Assembly (NCBI GenBank): GCA_014802045.1 | Contig: JAAVDA010000021.1 | Location: 30,301-94,300 of the forward strand | Origin: Bacteroides sp. | GTDB taxonomy: Bacteria; Bacteroidota; Bacteroidia; Bacteroidales; Muribaculaceae | DNA: 64,000 nucleotides | Direction: 5' to 3' | Shown here: in pieces, positions 37,673 to 48,117 of the stretch | Layout of the letters: each line of letters opens with the position of its first letter | Numbering within the stretch: position 1 is the first letter of the stretch | Notes under the pieces: generated by a model | What the model was told of the DNA's origin: nothing | The model's input: the letters and a program-made list of their open reading frames with translations, nothing else | Databases searched by the model: none | Position numbers and translations under genes: made by a program

Positions 37673-39880
37673 TCAATTTCCAGCAGCCGGGCTGTCTGTC
37701 ATGTTATAAACCAGGCTGCCGCCTTTCACTATATCCTCGTGGGTGATGTAGGGGAGGGTGTAAGGCTTGCCATTGAGTTCAATGCTCTCCACATACTTGT
37801 TGGCTTCCGAAAGACCGCGTGCTTCGATTGTGAAAGTCTTTCCACCGGCAAGATTGAGCACGAACCGAGGCATCTGCGGAGCGCCAAACACATATTTTGC
37901 ACTCACTGGATCAACAGGATAGAATCCCATGGCCGAAAACATATACCATGCCGACATCTGTCCGCAGTCGTCATTGCCGCAAAGTCCGTCGGGTTCGGGA
38001 CGATATTGGGTGTCGAAAATCTCACGCACCAGTTCCTGCGTGCGTTCAGGCCGTCCGGCCAAAGCATAAAGATATGTCACATGATGGCTCGGCTCATTGC
38101 CGTGGGCATACTGGCCTATCAGGCCTGTCACATCGCTCTGGTTGGTGACCAGTTCAACGGTAAATACCGAATCAAGCTTATTGAGAAACGGCTCCTCTCC
38201 ACCCATAAGCTCTATCAAACCCGGCACATCGTGCTGCACATGCCAGGTGTATTGCCATGCGTTGCCCTCAGTATAGTCGCCTCCCACGCTCTCGGAGTGA
38301 CCCACGTTCGAGGGGTCAAAAGGAGTGCGCCATGAACCGTCGGCCAGACGCGGACGCATGAATTTTGTCTCTTCATCAAAGAGATTCTTATAGAAGTCAG
38401 CGCGCTTACGGAATATCTCCTCATCATCCTTACGTCCGAGCAGCGATGCCATATCGGCGGCCGCATAGTCGTCATACACGCTTTCGAGAGTGCTCGACAC
38501 CGACTCGGCCGGAGTGCGGTCGGTCGGGAAATATCCGTAGGTCAGATAATCCTCCCAGTTGCTCTTCTGCGGATGGCTCACGGTCTGTGTGCGCTTAATG
38601 GCTTCGAAAGCCCGGTCGGCGTCAAAGCCCCTGAATCCCTTACGGTAGGCTTCGGCTATCACTGGCACACCATGATTGGCCACCATGCAATAGTTTTCTT
38701 TTCCCCAAAGTCCCCAGATGGGAATGAATCCCTGCACTTCTGCCTGAGCCACAAGGGAGTTGACAAATCCATCCACTCTCTCAGGAGTAATGAGAGTGTA
38801 GAACGGATGAGCGGCTCTATAGGTGTCCCAGAGCGAGAAAGTGGAGTAAAACTCTCCCCCCTCGGCTTTCACCACAGAGTCGGCCGCGTTACGGTAATAT
38901 CCGTCTACATCGGCTATCATGTTGGGCTGAATGATAGAGTGGTAGAACGCGGTATAGAAATTTATCTTCTGCTGGTCTGTGCCCGATGCCTCTATGCGGC
39001 CCAGATGATTGTTCCAATCGGTTTTGGCTGCCTCGCGGGTACCTTCGAAATCCCATGCAGGTATCTCGGTCTCAAGATTCTTCCGGGCGCCCTCTACTGA
39101 GGTGGTCGACATGCCCACCTTCATCATCAGCTGATCTCCGGGCTGCATATCGAAAAGAGCCACAATGCGCTGCCCCTTCTCTCTTTCGGCCATGGGCAGT
39201 GAAACCGAGCCAGACACGGGCCGGTCAAACTGCATCACGAAGAAATAATCTTGATTCACCCACACAGCATTGCGCACATGTCCGGTCAGAGTTACTGAAT
39301 CCACCCACTCTGTTTCGCATTCTCTCACTTGCGAATGATATTGCGCCTCGCTCCAAGCCGGTCCGTGCTGCAGGTCAATGAGCAGCGAAGCCGAATCGGC
39401 GGTGTTGTAGGTGTAGCGGTGGAGTGCGGCGTGAGGTGTGGCAGTCAGCTCGGCTCTCACATCGGGAGCGGCGAGGGTCACGGCATAATAGCCGGGTGTG
39501 GCCTCTTCTGTGTCTTTTGCAAACGGGCTGCGGTATGCGTCCCATGCGCGGGTCGCGGTTCCGGTGGCCGGCATTACCAGGATATCGCCGAGATCCATGC
39601 AGCCTGTGCCGTTGAGATGGGTCTGGGTGAAGCCCCAGATTATAGAGTCGCTATACACGTATTCCGAGCAATATCTCCATCCCACGGCTCCGGTCACCGG
39701 GCTGGTCTGAATCATGCCGAACGGACGGCATGCGCCGGGGAAAGTGTGGCCGTTGTCGGCCGCGCCGATAAACGGGTTGACATACACCGTGTAGTCCGTT
39801 ACCGTAGTGTCGGTCTGGTGCGCGGCGCATCCTGCCATCATTAAGGCAGCCACGGCCGGGAGGATTGTTTTAATGGTCAT
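37673..39880 (-). CDS. GH92 alpha-mannosidase, lipoprotein
   Basis: VNPFIG, GHTFPGA, FSLWDTYRA, YTEGNAWQY, GQYAHGNEPSHH, GNDDCGQMSAW; lipobox MAGC. Confidence 0.93.
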   Translation of the reverse strand: MTIKTILPAVAALMMAGCAAHQTDTTVTDYTVYVNPFIGAADNGHTFPGACRPFGMIQTSPVTGAVGWRYCSEYVYSDSIIWGFTQTHLNGTGCMDLGDILVMPATGTATRAWDAYRSPFAKDTEEATPGYYAVTLAAPDVRAELTATPHAALHRYTYNTADSASLLIDLQHGPAWSEAQYHSQVRECETEWVDSVTLTGHVRNAVWVNQDYFFVMQFDRPVSGSVSLPMAEREKGQRIVALFDMQPGDQLMMKVGMSTTSVEGARKNLETEIPAWDFEGTREAAKTDWNNHLGRIEASGTDQQKINFYTAFYHSIIQPNMIADVDGYYRNAADSVVKAEGGEFYSTFSLWDTYRAAHPFYTLITPERVDGFVNSLVAQAEVQGFIPIWGLWGKENYCMVANHGVPVIAEAYRKGFRGFDADRAFEAIKRTQTVSHPQKSNWEDYLTYGYFPTDRTPAESVSSTLESVYDDYAAADMASLLGRKDDEEIFRKRADFYKNLFDEETKFMRPRLADGSWRTPFDPSNVGHSESVGGDYTEGNAWQYTWHVQHDVPGLIELMGGEEPFLNKLDSVFTVELVTNQSDVTGLIGQYAHGNEPSHHVTYLYALAGRPERTQELVREIFDTQYRPEPDGLCGNDDCGQMSAWYMFSAMGFYPVDPVSAKYVFGAPQMPRFVLNLAGGKTFTIEARGLSEANKYVESIELNGKPYTLPYITHEDIVKGGSLVYNMTDSPAAGN

Positions 39881-39996
39881 TAAGGTAGATATTGAAAGGA
39901 TGTTTTGTTTCGAAGCATAAAGTTATACATTTTTGTTGGAGTATGCAAAAAGAAATTTCTTCATGGAGTCCAAGTATCATAGGCGGGATTATATAA

Positions 39997-40032
39997 TAAA
40001 AAAAGCGTCCCGGCCATCATCGGCCGAGACGC
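39997..40032 (-). terminator. Terminator after susD
   Basis: A-run followed by GCGTCCCGGCC...GGCCGAGACGC. Confidence 0.6.
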
Positions 40033-40084
40033 AGCGTAGTCAGTAGAACCTGTAATTATAAACTAACAACTTATACATTTTCCA

Positions 40085-41908
40085 TTAGTTCCATCCGGGG
40101 TTCTGGGTCAGAGCCGGGTTGAGGGTGATCTGACTTTCAGGTATCGGATAGAGCCAGCGACGGTCGTTCTGAGTCCATGCGCGGCCGTTGGCGGCGGAAT
40201 TTACACCCACGTTGTAGGGCGACAGGTAAGTCTCGCCCTGCCATACTGCGGTCTGACCGAAAGAGAATGTGGGCTGGCCGGAGCGCTCAGCAAAGTCAGC
40301 TTCCATTTCGGGGGTGCAGTGGATGCCGAGATAAGTGAGAGGATTCTCAAGGAGCTTCACGGCATTCCAGCGCTTGATGTCGTCCATGCGGAAGCCTTCG
40401 TGAGCGAGCTCTACACGGCGTTCGCGGCGGATTTCATAAAGGAGCGGGTCAACTGTGTAACCGTAGTCCACCGGCTTAGCGTCGGCCACAGGGCTAACGG
40501 TGAGGTGAGCCATACCAACACGGTCGCGGAGCAGGTTGATGGTAGCGTCGAGCACAGCCTGAGTGCAGCTGCCGAGCTCAGCGTTGGCCTCAGCGTTAAT
40601 CAGAAGAGCCTCAGCGTAGCGGTAGATAAAGTAGTTGAAGTTGGTGTTGCGGGCATTCCACTGGGTGTAGTCAGAACTCCAGAATTTCACGCTGGGAAGA
40701 CCTGTCACACCTGAGTTGCTCTGGATACGTCCCCAGAGAGGCCAGAGAGATACGGTGCCGCTGGCATCGACCTGACGCACTCTGTGGTCGCTCATGATGG
40801 TCTGATACATGCGCGGGTCGCGGTCTGCCATCATGGTCTCGTAGGTAGCGTCGCCCTGATAGCCGGAGCCGCTGTTGTGGATAGGAGTGCCGTCCTTCAT
40901 CAGATATGTCTCGGCGAAGTCATAGGAGTAACCGATACCGTTTGTGCCTTCCTGACGACCCACCTCAGAATAAATCTCCTGTTCGCGGTCATAGTAGCGG
41001 CCCATCACACACTCTCTGTTCTGAGAGATATTCGGCTGGATGAACTGATTTGAATAAGGGGCAGGATAGATGGCAGATGTGTAGGGTTTCACATTGCCTT
41101 CTCCGTCTGTGTAGGTGGTAGTCACCTCAGAGCCGGTGAATGTGCCTTCGGGGTTGGTTCCCTCTACGATAGCATAGTTGGCTGAGCTGTTCATCACAGC
41201 TGCCGACATATCGCGGGCGAGAGTGAGCAGGCTGTTTGCATCATAGCCGTTGTTGGCGGCCTCGTTGTGATACTTCATGTAAGTACCATAGTAGAGAGCC
41301 ACACGTGCGAGCTGCTGACGGGCGGCATCCTTGTGAGGACGTTCGCCGAATGTGCCCCAGCTCTTTTCGGGAAGCCACTGGATGCCAAACTGCAGGTCTT
41401 CGATTATCTTGCCGAGCACGAAGTTGCGCGGGTCGCGGGGCTTGTAGAGCTGCTCGATATCGTCGGTCTGAAGGTCTTCGTCATACCAGGGCACATCGCC
41501 GAAACGCTTGATGAGGGCGAAATATCTCAGGGCGCGGATGAAGCGGACCTCTGCGAGATATTTGTTCTTGTCGGCCTCGGAGCATTGTGCGGTTTCGTAG
41601 TGGGTGATGAAGTAGTTGCAGTTGCGCACGAGGGTCCAGTCCCAACCCGAAGCGTTGCTCACACTCATGGTGTTGAAGAGGTAGTCGCTGATCGACTGGG
41701 TGATCATGTCGTCGCTCTCATCATCATAGGTGGATGAAATGCCGGGCAGATTGGTGAGCAGGTTGTTGCTATAAAGCTCGAGGTCGGTGGCTGTTTTCCA
41801 GTAGCTCTGGTCTGTGAAGCCTTCCAGCGGATCGAGATCAGTGTAGCTGCACGACTGGAGAATACCTCCCGCCACGATGGCTGCTGTTGCTATATATTTG
41901 AGTTTCAT
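40085..41908 (-). CDS. SusD/RagB family lipoprotein
   Basis: Lipobox LQSC, AEVRFIRALRYF, FGDVPW, YRYAEALLINAEA, ERRVELAHEGFRMDDIKRW, QNPGW. Confidence 0.95.
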   Translation of the reverse strand: MKLKYIATAAIVAGGILQSCSYTDLDPLEGFTDQSYWKTATDLELYSNNLLTNLPGISSTYDDESDDMITQSISDYLFNTMSVSNASGWDWTLVRNCNYFITHYETAQCSEADKNKYLAEVRFIRALRYFALIKRFGDVPWYDEDLQTDDIEQLYKPRDPRNFVLGKIIEDLQFGIQWLPEKSWGTFGERPHKDAARQQLARVALYYGTYMKYHNEAANNGYDANSLLTLARDMSAAVMNSSANYAIVEGTNPEGTFTGSEVTTTYTDGEGNVKPYTSAIYPAPYSNQFIQPNISQNRECVMGRYYDREQEIYSEVGRQEGTNGIGYSYDFAETYLMKDGTPIHNSGSGYQGDATYETMMADRDPRMYQTIMSDHRVRQVDASGTVSLWPLWGRIQSNSGVTGLPSVKFWSSDYTQWNARNTNFNYFIYRYAEALLINAEANAELGSCTQAVLDATINLLRDRVGMAHLTVSPVADAKPVDYGYTVDPLLYEIRRERRVELAHEGFRMDDIKRWNAVKLLENPLTYLGIHCTPEMEADFAERSGQPTFSFGQTAVWQGETYLSPYNVGVNSAANGRAWTQNDRRWLYPIPESQITLNPALTQNPGWN

Positions 41909-41938
41909 ATATATTTCCTTTGTTTTTTCGGTTAAAGA

Positions 41939-44900
41939 TTAAAGGGTGAGGTTCAGACCGATGGTAAACTTCTTCTGAAGAGGATAGGTCATGTTGCCGA
42001 GTGTTTCGGGATCTGCCCATTTCTTCATCGGAGTGATGGTGAGCAGGTTTTCCCCCTGCACATACACGCGGAGCTTCTGAAGACCAATCTTGCTGATGAG
42101 CTGTTTGGGCAGGCTGTAGCCGAACATCAAGCTCTTCAGACGGCCGTAGGATGCATTCTGGAGGTAGCGGGTTGAGCTGACCTTGCTTGCACCGTTCTTG
42201 CCGCCGTTGAGTGAGAGCACGGGGAAGTAAGCACCGGGATTTTCGGGAGTCCAGTAGTCGCCGGTGGTGTGCTTCTGGGGCACATTCCATTCGCCGGCAA
42301 TGGGGAAGAATTCAGCGCTGTTGGTGAAGTAGTCGCGCTTGCCTGTGCCCTGCCAGAACATATCGAAGTCAAAGCCTTTCCATTCTGCGCCTACGGTGAT
42401 ACCGAAGGTGTAGCGGGGAGTGCTGTTGCCGATGATTTTCCAGTCGCCTGAGTTTTCGAGAGTGTAGGTTCCGACGGGGGTTGCATTCGGGTTATTTACC
42501 ACGTCGTTGTAGCCTGCATCACCGGGCACGTAGTATTTGCCGTCGAGTTTATACATACCTGCGATACCCTGGTTGATTTCGCCGTCGCCGTTGAGGTCTT
42601 CGTAGCGGGTCATACCGGGTGTCCACTTACCGCCCCACACGAATGACTGGTCGGCAGCATTTGCGATTTCCTGTTCGCTCTGGAAAAGACCGTTTGATTC
42701 AAAGCCCCAGATTTCACCGATCTTGCGGCCAACATAGTAGGAACCGATTCCACCTGTCGGGTTCTCATATTTGGTGATCTTTGCCTGATAGTCGGCGAGA
42801 GTGCCTCTCACGTAGTAGTTGAGGCCGATTGAGCTGATGTGGTCGTTCCAACCGATAGAAAGTTCCCAACCGTTGGTGCGGAGGTCGGCGGCGTTTTCGT
42901 TAGGAACGTTTGTGCCGAGCACAGAGGGAAGAGCCTGTCCGCCGGTGAGCATACCCTTGGTGTCGCGCTGATACCAGTCGAATTCGGCGGTGAGACGGTT
43001 CTGGAAGAATGCAGCGTCGAAACCGAGGTCGAGCTGGTCAACCTTCTCCCATGTCAGACGGGCGCTTACAAGGCCGGGTGTGCCGACACCTACGGGACGG
43101 GTGCCACCGAGAATCATGCCGATTTTTGAAGAATAGGGATAGTTTGCGAGGTAGGGGAAGTCGCCGTAAGTGTCGCGATCGAGCGACTGGTTGCCGAGAC
43201 GGCCGTAAGAGGCGCGAATCTTCATGTTGTTCCACCATCCGCGGAGACCTTCCCAGAAGTTCTCTTCAGAGATACGCCAGCCTATAGAGCCTGAAGGGAA
43301 GAAGCCGTAGCGGTTGGAGCGCCCTTTGGGGAATTTTGATGTGCCGTCGTAGCGGGCCACGAGCTCAAGCAGATATTTGCCCTGGAAGTCATAGTTGATT
43401 CGGCCGAACCAGCTGTTGATTGCCCACTGTGAGGCAGATGAGCTTACGTTCGGGTCGCCGGTGGCATACTGAAGCATGTAGGAGTCTTCAGTGAGGATAT
43501 TCGGGCGATATGCAGAGAAAGAACCATACACTTTTTTCTCCTGGTTGTAACCGGTCATTACGCGGAAGTTGTGGCCCTCGCCAAGAGTCCAGTCATACTG
43601 GGCGAAGAGGTTGAATGCCTGATAATAATCGTTGGAGTTATTGCGCTGGTTATACTCCGGACGGCTTGTCCAGGGATAGTAGTCGAGGGGTTGGCCATCG
43701 ATACCATACTCCATGAAGCGCTGCTGGTGAATTGAACGGTTAAAGCTATACACGTTCCAAGTGTAGTCGGCCTGGATGAAGAGACCCTTCATCGGAGTGA
43801 GCTGAGCCACACCGGTAATCCAGAGGTCATTGCTGCGATCGCGGGTGTTGCCGCCGAGAGCTGCCACAGCCACGGGGTTGGTGAAGTTGCCCTGACCGGC
43901 ATAGTTGCCGTCGGGATGATAGACCGGCATGATCGGGCGGATATCGTTCTTAAATGTACCTGACATCTGGGTCACGCCTGAGTTGCCCGAGCCTGTGGGG
44001 TGTTTCTGGGTCACGTATGCGTTGCTCATCTTCATGCCCACCTTCAGCCACGAAGCGAGCTGGGTGTCGATATTGAGGCTGGCGTTGAAGCGCTGATATT
44101 TTTCGTCGGCACCCACACGGTTTGTGCCCTGGTCGGTCATGGCGAAAGAGCCATAATAGGTGGTCTTGCCTGTGCCGCCCGAGATGCTCATGTTATAGAG
44201 CTGGTTGAAGGAGCTCTTGTAGAGGGCATCCCACCAGTCGGTGTTACCGCAGTAAGTATATTTGCCGGCAGCAGCGTCACCGGAGCCGGGATATACGAAT
44301 ACGGGTGAGTCGATACGGCCGAAATAGTAGTCTTCGATATGCTGTGTGGTAATTTCATCGAAGTAGTTGGTGCCGTTGTCGTTGAAGTTACCTCCGTTGA
44401 TCTGTTTCAGGTATTCGTAAGAGTCAACTTTATGAACTTCGGTGACTGCCTTTGCCCAGTAGCCGGATGCGCCGAAGCTGATCACGGGTTTGTCGCCGGC
44501 CTTACCTTTCTTGGTAGTGATAAGAATCACACCGTAGGCAGCACGCGCACCGTAGATGGCAGCCGAAGCAGCGTCTTTGAGCACGGTTACGCTCTCGATA
44601 TCATCGGGGTTGACGAGGTTGGGGTCCATCTGCACGTTGTCGACGAGCACGAGCGGGCCGCCACCGTTGAGCGAGGTTGTACCGCGCACGTTGAAGTTGG
44701 ATGTCGAACCGGGAGCACCACCGTTGTTTGAGGTGATGATAAGGTTGCCGATTTTGCCCTGAAGACCCTGACCGATGTTGGTGATAGGGCGGTCGTTGAG
44801 CACGTCACCGCTCACTGAGGCCACAGCACCTGTGAGGTTCACTTTTTTCTGGACGCCATAACCTACGACCACTACTTCGTCGAGGGTGTTGTCGTCGTCA

Positions 44901-45286
44901 TTAAGGGTGATTTCAAGAGGCTGTCCGCGCCAGACAACTTCCTGAGGATTGTAGCCGATGCTTGAGATGCGGATGGTGGCTCCGTTTTTCACTCCTGCGA
45001 GTGAAAAATGTCCGTCGATATCGGTTGCACCGCCTATTGATGTGCCCTTCACGAATACAGACGCTCCCACTATGGGATCGCCGAACGAGTCAAGGACTGT
45101 ACCGGTACATGAGCCCACTGTCTGAGTGGTGCCGGCACTTTGCTGCGCATAGGCCATCTGATAGCCGCCTCCGGCTGTAAGGAGGCACGCAAGCATTACT
45201 TTTGCTAACTGTTTTGGCATAAGCAATAAGGTTATGATACTGTTTTTAATGGCGTGAAAGTGTTTTTCGGGGTCGCTCTTTTTCAT
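41939..45286 (-). CDS. SusC/RagA TonB-dependent transporter
   Basis: LDEVVVVGYGVQKK, LKDAASAAIYGARAAYGVILITTK, LTWEK, C-terminal GLNLTL; exact start uncertain. Confidence 0.95.
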   Translation of the reverse strand: MKKSDPEKHFHAIKNSIITLLLMPKQLAKVMLACLLTAGGGYQMAYAQQSAGTTQTVGSCTGTVLDSFGDPIVGASVFVKGTSIGGATDIDGHFSLAGVKNGATIRISSIGYNPQEVVWRGQPLEITLNDDDNTLDEVVVVGYGVQKKVNLTGAVASVSGDVLNDRPITNIGQGLQGKIGNLIITSNNGGAPGSTSNFNVRGTTSLNGGGPLVLVDNVQMDPNLVNPDDIESVTVLKDAASAAIYGARAAYGVILITTKKGKAGDKPVISFGASGYWAKAVTEVHKVDSYEYLKQINGGNFNDNGTNYFDEITTQHIEDYYFGRIDSPVFVYPGSGDAAAGKYTYCGNTDWWDALYKSSFNQLYNMSISGGTGKTTYYGSFAMTDQGTNRVGADEKYQRFNASLNIDTQLASWLKVGMKMSNAYVTQKHPTGSGNSGVTQMSGTFKNDIRPIMPVYHPDGNYAGQGNFTNPVAVAALGGNTRDRSNDLWITGVAQLTPMKGLFIQADYTWNVYSFNRSIHQQRFMEYGIDGQPLDYYPWTSRPEYNQRNNSNDYYQAFNLFAQYDWTLGEGHNFRVMTGYNQEKKVYGSFSAYRPNILTEDSYMLQYATGDPNVSSSASQWAINSWFGRINYDFQGKYLLELVARYDGTSKFPKGRSNRYGFFPSGSIGWRISEENFWEGLRGWWNNMKIRASYGRLGNQSLDRDTYGDFPYLANYPYSSKIGMILGGTRPVGVGTPGLVSARLTWEKVDQLDLGFDAAFFQNRLTAEFDWYQRDTKGMLTGGQALPSVLGTNVPNENAADLRTNGWELSIGWNDHISSIGLNYYVRGTLADYQAKITKYENPTGGIGSYYVGRKIGEIWGFESNGLFQSEQEIANAADQSFVWGGKWTPGMTRYEDLNGDGEINQGIAGMYKLDGKYYVPGDAGYNDVVNNPNATPVGTYTLENSGDWKIIGNSTPRYTFGITVGAEWKGFDFDMFWQGTGKRDYFTNSAEFFPIAGEWNVPQKHTTGDYWTPENPGAYFPVLSLNGGKNGASKVSSTRYLQNASYGRLKSLMFGYSLPKQLISKIGLQKLRVYVQGENLLTITPMKKWADPETLGNMTYPLQKKFTIGLNLTL

Positions 45287-45657
45287 GGTAGGACGATTTA
45301 CCGTTAGCTTCTTTCACATGTTTTTGTTATGGTTCGGCAAATTTATACAAATATCCGACACAATAATTAACATTAATTATTTACCCCCCCCATTTTTAGA
45401 AATCTTTAACAAATTGTTTTATATAGTTAACTAAGTGATTTGAAGGGGTTGAGTGGAGAAAATTAATGAGAGGTAAGCTGTCGGTAGAGACTTCGGATAT
45501 AATGCGGGGCGAGTTTTTCACGTTCCTGTCACCTTTAATATAAAGAGAAGTGTCCGCTGAAATTTTTTTTTGAAAAATCTTTGACGTGTCGAAAAAACGT
45601 CGTAATTTTGCCGCGCAAAAGCCATAATTGCATATAATTAATAACTACATAACAAAA

Positions 45658-45849
45658 ATGATAATCGTACAAGTAAAAGAAGGCGAGAACATCGAAAGAG
45701 CACTCAAGAAATTCAAACGTAAGTTTGAGAAAACCGGCATCGTTAAGGAACTTCGTAGCCGTCAGGCTTTTGAGAAGCCTTCGGTGAGCAACCGCAAAAA
45801 GATGATGAAGGCTGTCTACGTGCAGAAGCTCCGCGCCGTAGAGGAATAA
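45658..45849 (+). CDS. rpsU: 30S ribosomal protein S21
   Basis: MIIVQVKEGENIERALKKFKRKFEKTG...FEKPS; TAATTTTG promoter at ~45603. Confidence 0.95.
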   Translation: MIIVQVKEGENIERALKKFKRKFEKTGIVKELRSRQAFEKPSVSNRKKMMKAVYVQKLRAVEE

Positions 45850-46073
45850 AGACGCCTATCTCTATCGATTAAAGGCACGAGGGGGCTCCAAAAGAGAGAC
45901 GCCTGATGCCGAATGTGCCTGACTTTACAACGGACGGCAGATGCTTTTCGCACTGCTATCCACAAAAGTAAGCATAACCGAAACCCGCCACGACCGCAGG
46001 ACGGCCCGACGGGTTTCGATGTTTTTTGTAATGCACCATATTCCAACGCTAAATATAACACAAATATTGCCAT

Positions 46074-46868
46074 ATGGACATGCGCACCCCTGTCGAGGTG
46101 GCGAAAGCAGCCTTGAAAGTTGGAGAAAATAAAATAGAGACAACCAGAAGGCCTGCAAGGCTTATAGTTCTTTCGGTGCTTGCCGGAGCGTATATAGCTC
46201 TCGGCGGAGTGCTGTCGCTTATTGTGGGTTTTGGGTTTCCGCAGCTCACCGCGGGCAATCCTGCTCTGCAGAAACTGCTGTCGGGGGCAATGTTTCCCAT
46301 CGGGCTTATTCTGGTGGTAGTGCTCGGGGCTGAGCTATTCACCGGCAATAATGCTCTGCTCATTCCTGCTTTCATGAAGCGCAGGTGTGGTGCTGTCGAT
46401 GTGGCAAAAAACTGGGTAATAGTCTATTTCGGAAATTTTGTCGGTGCGGTTGCATTTGCATGGCTCATGGTCTATATGACCGGCCTAACGGCTGCAGACC
46501 CCTGGCATTCGGCAATAATCGGTATGGCTCAGACAAAGGTGTCGCTCCCCTGGCTTACGGTGTTTGTGCGCGGCATCGGAGCCAACTGGTGTGTGTGTCT
46601 GGCCGTATGGCTGGCGCTGTCGGGGCGGAGTCTTCTGGAAAAGATGGCTGCTTGCTGGCTCCCGGTGATGGCATTTGTGGCTCTCGGCTACGAACACTGT
46701 ATCGCCAATATGTTTTTTATTCCCTCCGGTATGCTGGAGGGGGCGGATGTGACGGTCTGGCAGATGGTGTGGAACAATCTTGTGCCGGCCACCTTGGGCA
46801 ATATCATAGGAGGAGCCGTGTTTGTGGGCTGCGTCCATGCCCGTCTCCACCTCTCCGACAAGAACTAA
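46074..46868 (+). CDS. Formate/nitrite transporter (FNT) family channel
   Basis: LAGAYIALG, GAELFTGN, GNFVGA, GYEHCIANM, TLGNIIGG. Confidence 0.93.
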   Translation: MDMRTPVEVAKAALKVGENKIETTRRPARLIVLSVLAGAYIALGGVLSLIVGFGFPQLTAGNPALQKLLSGAMFPIGLILVVVLGAELFTGNNALLIPAFMKRRCGAVDVAKNWVIVYFGNFVGAVAFAWLMVYMTGLTAADPWHSAIIGMAQTKVSLPWLTVFVRGIGANWCVCLAVWLALSGRSLLEKMAACWLPVMAFVALGYEHCIANMFFIPSGMLEGADVTVWQMVWNNLVPATLGNIIGGAVFVGCVHARLHLSDKN

Positions 46869-46992
46869 GGGGTAGTTCTTGTTGGCATGTCGATTTTTTT
46901 CCGGACAGGGAGAGCGATTTGTCGGTTTAATTAGCTATCTTTGCAGGAAAGATTTAACTAACGGATTTTTATTCACCAAAAAATAAAGCGAA

Positions 46993-47988
46993 ATGGTAAG
47001 TTACAAAGACTTAGGCCTCGTCAACACCCGCGAGATGTTTGCCAAGGCCATCAAGGGAGGTTATGCTATCCCGGCTTTCAACTTCAACAACATGGAGCAG
47101 CTTCAGGCTATCATCAAGGCTGCTGCCGAAGAGAAGTCTCCCGTGATTCTCCAGGTGTCTAAGGGCGCCCGCAACTATGCCAACGCCACTCTGCTTCGCT
47201 ACATGGCTCAGGGTGCTGTGGCATATGCTAAGGAACTCGGTTGGGAGAATCCCCAGATCGTGCTCCATCTCGACCATGGCGACAGCTTCGAGCTCTGCAA
47301 GAGCTGTATCGACAATGGCTTCTCTTCTGTGATGATCGACGGCTCACACCTCCCTTATGAGGAGAATGTGGCTCTCACAAAGAAGGTGGTTGACTATGCT
47401 CATCAGTATGACGTAACTGTAGAGGGTGAGCTTGGTGTGCTCGCCGGTGTGGAGGATGAAGTTTCCGCCGACCACCACACATACACTGACCCCGAAGAGG
47501 TGATTGACTTCGCCACCCGCACAGGCTGCGACTCTCTCGCCATCTCTATCGGCACATCGCACGGTGCTTATAAGTTCACTCCCGAACAGTGCACCCGCAA
47601 CGCTGAGGGTCGCCTCGTTCCCCCGCCACTGGCATTCGACGTGCTCGACGCGGTGATGGAGAAACTCCCCGGATTCCCCATCGTGCTCCACGGTTCTTCT
47701 TCAGTGCCCCAGGAATATGTGGACACCATCAACAAGTATGGCGGCAAACTTCCCGATGCCATCGGTATTCCCGAAGAAGAGCTTCGCAAGGCTGCCAAGA
47801 GCGCTGTCTGCAAGATTAATATCGACTCCGACAGCCGTCTTGCCATGACCGCTGCTGTTCGCGAGGTGTTTGCCACCAAGCCCGGTGAGTTTGACCCCCG
47901 CAAATATCTCGGTCCGGCTCGCGACGAGATGGAGAAGCTCTACAAGCACAAGATTACCAATGTGCTCGGTAGCAACGGTAAGGCATAA
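46993..47988 (+). CDS. fbaA: Class II fructose-bisphosphate aldolase
   Basis: LHLDHG, SVMIDGS, VEGELG, GTSHGAYK, VLHGSSS, KINIDSD. Confidence 0.95.
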   Translation: MVSYKDLGLVNTREMFAKAIKGGYAIPAFNFNNMEQLQAIIKAAAEEKSPVILQVSKGARNYANATLLRYMAQGAVAYAKELGWENPQIVLHLDHGDSFELCKSCIDNGFSSVMIDGSHLPYEENVALTKKVVDYAHQYDVTVEGELGVLAGVEDEVSADHHTYTDPEEVIDFATRTGCDSLAISIGTSHGAYKFTPEQCTRNAEGRLVPPPLAFDVLDAVMEKLPGFPIVLHGSSSVPQEYVDTINKYGGKLPDAIGIPEEELRKAAKSAVCKINIDSDSRLAMTAAVREVFATKPGEFDPRKYLGPARDEMEKLYKHKITNVLGSNGKA

Positions 47989-48036
47989 ACCATCCGAGAG
48001 AAAGAAATAACTTTTGAAAGTTTTGATTGATTACGG

Positions 48037-48071
48037 TTCGGCCGCTTCCCGTAAGGGAGACGGCCGAATTT
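48037..48071 (+). terminator. Terminator after fbaA
   Basis: TTCGGCCG-CTTCCC/GGGAGA-CGGCCGAA followed by TTT. Confidence 0.6.
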
Positions 48072-48117
48072 GTTAAGTTGGCTATTGATGGCTCTGAATG
48101 AGCGAGAAGTAATGGAG

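Noticed and set aside
47990-48117. Fluoride riboswitch upstream of crcB
   Set aside because: No GGxGATGG...GCTGATGA consensus found; only the fbaA terminator is present.
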